Positions 63,025 through 64,000 of a stretch of DNA of 64,000 nucleotides are shown in pieces. The notes under the pieces were generated by a model that did not search any database, was not told the origin of the DNA, and saw nothing but the letters and a program-made list of their open reading frames with translations. The position numbers and the translations under genes were made by a program. The stretch lies in contig JBFWNU010000005.1 in NCBI GenBank assembly GCA_050250895.1, positions 448,001 to 512,000 of the forward strand, written 5' to 3'. Position 1 is the first letter of the stretch, and each line of letters opens with the position of its first letter. Source of the DNA: Vulcanimicrobiota bacterium (lineage in GTDB: Bacteria; Vulcanimicrobiota; Xenobia; Xenobiales; JADMJV01).

Positions 63025-64000
63025 GCCCGTCACTACGCCGTGCCCTTTGGATCCTGGTAGTGCTCGGAGGGCTCGCGGCCCTCGGCCTCTTGGCGCGGCG
63101 CCAGGCTCTTGAGGCCCGCAATCACTCGGTCGAGATGGTGGCCGATCTGGCCGCCGCGGTCGATCTCGCTAGAGCCCGGCATGTCTCGCTGCCCGAAATG
63201 TTGGCCGAGTTCTCACGCCTGGGGATCGGTTCGGTTGCCGTCAACGAGTTGCATCTTGACGATCTGATCGACTCGGGGCAGGTGCTGGCCATGCGCGGTC
63301 TCGATCTCAGGCTGGCCATCGCCAATGGCGCCGTCGAGGCCCCACCGGGGTTTGAGCCCAATCCTACCTATTCTTACGTGGTCTTCTTTGGCCAACCGCA
63401 ACTGGCCCACGCTATCGCGAACTATCTCAAGCCGCTGATCGCAGACGAGGTCAAGCTCTATGGCGACTCGTTGCTGGAGACCGCGCTGGACCTGCGCACT
63501 CTCCGGGGTGAAGGCCTGGGATTTCCCCCCTCGTCGTTGGAGCCGGTCGAGGCCGCCGGGTTGCGGGTCTGGTTGAGGCCCGAGAACCGGGCCGCCATCA
63601 CGGCCCCCCAGGTCGAGGCGCTCTTCGACCACTTCGCCCAGGTCAAAAACGTGGAGGGGGTCATCTTCGGGGGCGGCCTCAACGAGGCCCTGGGCTACCC
63701 CGACGCCCTCGACTCTACCGCCGCTCAGCTCCGTCAGCGAGGCTGGAAGGTGGGCTATATCGAGCTTTCGGCGGCCCAACAACAGAAGGGCATCGAGACC
63801 CTGGTGCGCCAACTGCCGGACCTGACGGTGCGGTTGTTGGCCGTCTCGCCAGCTCATCAGGCCAAGCTCGACCCCTATCGGGTGGCCGCTATGTATAGTC
63901 TGGGAGGCCGCGAGCGCAATATCCGTCTGCTCTATCTGCGGCCCTATCCCGAGCCCGGCGGCGAGGCCGACAACAAAGAGCTGTTTCAACTGTTGGGGCA
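63021..64000 (+). CDS. DUF5693-like membrane protein (partial, runs off the window end)
   Basis: Manual translation from CTG 63021 gives a TM helix then RRQALEARNHSVEMVAD...GIGSVAVNE...ERNIRLLYLRP; GAGGAGG RBS; not in the ORF track. Confidence 0.75.
   Translation, partial: MSPSLRRALWILVVLGGLAALGLLARRQALEARNHSVEMVADLAAAVDLARARHVSLPEMLAEFSRLGIGSVAVNELHLDDLIDSGQVLAMRGLDLRLAIANGAVEAPPGFEPNPTYSYVVFFGQPQLAHAIANYLKPLIADEVKLYGDSLLETALDLRTLRGEGLGFPPSSLEPVEAAGLRVWLRPENRAAITAPQVEALFDHFAQVKNVEGVIFGGGLNEALGYPDALDSTAAQLRQRGWKVGYIELSAAQQQKGIETLVRQLPDLTVRLLAVSPAHQAKLDPYRVAAMYSLGGRERNIRLLYLRPYPEPGGEADNKELFQLLG

Overview
High-GC bacterial chromosomal window with no integrase, transposase, prophage or CRISPR array that I can support. 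A Firmicutes-type L20 leader and a DUF5693-like gene occur together with ADP-heptose and LpxB-like LPS genes. This suggests a diderm Terrabacteria lineage, possibly Candidatus Eremiobacterota (inference only). Housekeeping content: pepA, HU, two S9 peptidases, infC-rpmI-rplT with leader, an LPS/heptose glycosylation region interleaved with type IV minor pilin and PilC-like genes, an ABC exporter, an amidase, a GAF-GGDEF cyclase and tRNA-Gly/Cys/Val. The best candidates for undescribed systems are: (1) a cluster at 4.1-10.9 kb of two cobalamin-binding radical SAM enzymes, two GNAT-like proteins and a GH3 acyl-adenylate ligase, split by an antisense GAF-TPR gene; (2) a module at 17.4-22.0 kb (unknown protein, MerR-type regulator, MIDAS-less VIT-vWA protein) in which two near-consensus sigma70 promoters carry the same palindromic operator ACTGTYATATRACAGT; (3) a ~1960-aa STAND-like ATPase-TPR protein; (4) a ~450-bp intergenic element of nested inverted repeats. 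Several genes appear to use CTG/ATT starts or leaderless mRNAs, so many ORF-track starts were corrected. Family calls rest on motif recognition by eye, not on database searches.
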